In this document: in pieces, positions 4,863-5,682 of the stretch
How positions within the stretch are numbered: the stretch's first letter is position 1
Layout of the letters: the number at the start of each line of letters is the position of its first letter
Source of the DNA: Rotaria magnacalcarata
Taxonomy: Eukaryota
DNA length: 5,682 bases
Reading direction: 5' to 3'
Assembly (NCBI GenBank): GCA_905321285.1
Contig: CAJNRF010010979.1
Coordinates: 38,297 to 43,978, forward strand
Position numbers and translations under genes: made by a program
Notes under the pieces: model-generated
Seen by the model: only the letters and a program-made list of their open reading frames with translations
Databases searched by the model: none
Told to the model about the DNA's origin: nothing

Positions 4863-5682
4863 AGCTGGTCTAATTAGAATGCATTTGTAAAGAAAATTTA
4901 GGCATAACTTGCCATATTGTTATACCACATTTGTTTTTTGATCATATTTATTCTTTGTATTTTGTTAGCTTCACCTTCTAATGTCATCTGTTGAACAAAA
5001 AGAGTATCACTCTACCTAGTATGAGTGATAGAGCTACGAAAAAAAATGAATAGTCAATTCTCGATCTCCTGAATTATTATTATGATACTGTAGATAGTTT
5101 CTGGGCAGTTCAAGAAGTTTTGTCTCAGGTCTTATAGATACTGATGATAAATTTTTTGATACATTTGGTTTTATATAGCGACAAAACCACACGACTTTCT
5201 ATACGTTCGAGTTTCTTTAAGCATGATTATTACTACTCATTAGTTTCTAATTACAAAGTGTTATGTAACATATGTCTTGTTTTCATGCAAAAAAAGCATT
5301 GTTTTTATAGATTTCTTAATATATCTATAGAACCATCTATGATATAAATCAATTCGAATGGGAAATGAAGCGAAAAAAATTTCATAAATGTGCAACTTCT
5401 ATCTTGAATGTTATATCAAAATGGTAATGTGTTGATGACATGCTTGCTGCTTTCCAAATAATATTGAGTTATAAGTTCAATTGGGATACACGTTTTGTTG
5501 AAAATGATGATATTACGCTCAATGCGACAATCTCTATATATATACGTATGTGCCGACTAATTGAGTAGACGAAACGAAACAATGGTTCCCTTTGCCTGAT
5601 AGCCTATAGAAATAAAAGAATAGAAAAAGTGAATATGTAGTCAATTCATGTATCGAAAATAGAGGTCAGCATATTAGTCCAT

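Noticed and set aside
5144-5347. 67-codon plus-strand ORF
   Set aside because: Low-complexity AT-rich translation with no supporting signals and a length within chance expectation.
5036-5647. Direct repeat around TAGTCAATTC (5051-5060 and 5638-5647) with loosely similar A-rich upstream sequence, considered as possible LTR or TSD-like ends
   Set aside because: There is only about 10 bp of exact match and weak extension, and there are no internal features of an element between the copies.
1-5682. A prokaryotic-style novel system (defence island, toxin-antitoxin pair, operon)
   Set aside because: No series of long co-oriented ORFs, no ribosome-binding-site contexts and no recognisable enzyme domains. 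Composition, the MITE content and abundant polypyrimidine-AG / GT motifs point to eukaryotic non-coding DNA. Claiming a system here would be invention.

Overview
AT-rich window (about two-thirds A+T by eye) with no rRNA, tRNA, CRISPR array, Shine-Dalgarno-linked ORF series or operon-like packing. It reads as eukaryotic non-coding or intronic DNA. Insect is likely and mosquito-like is only a guess. I found no evidence for a prokaryotic-style system such as defence, a toxin-antitoxin pair or a biosynthetic cluster. The supportable content is a pile-up of three decayed non-autonomous class II (DNA) transposons within about 2.1 kb. (1) A 222-bp TA-flanked MITE at 1882-2103 that is saturated with GATC/(AGATC)n. 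(2) An approximately 1-kb internally deleted Mutator-like element (MULE) at 2317-3313. Each of its ~145-bp inverted arms is a nine-unit tandem array with a ~15-bp period. It is flanked by an 8-bp duplication and keeps only the N- and C-terminal scraps of its transposase ORF. (3) A GC-rich ~300-bp foldback MITE at 3679-3976. Smaller structures are an inverted (GGGTGT)n/(ACACCC)3 hairpin, an ACCGGT-triplet nested palindrome with flanking direct repeats, and a few short hairpins. Two ORFs (128 and 130 codons) are longer than expected for this base composition. The minus-strand pair at 4204-4862 can be joined by canonical short GT-AG introns into a hypothetical 4-exon gene. None of these ORFs resembles a family I recognise, and all coding calls are low confidence.
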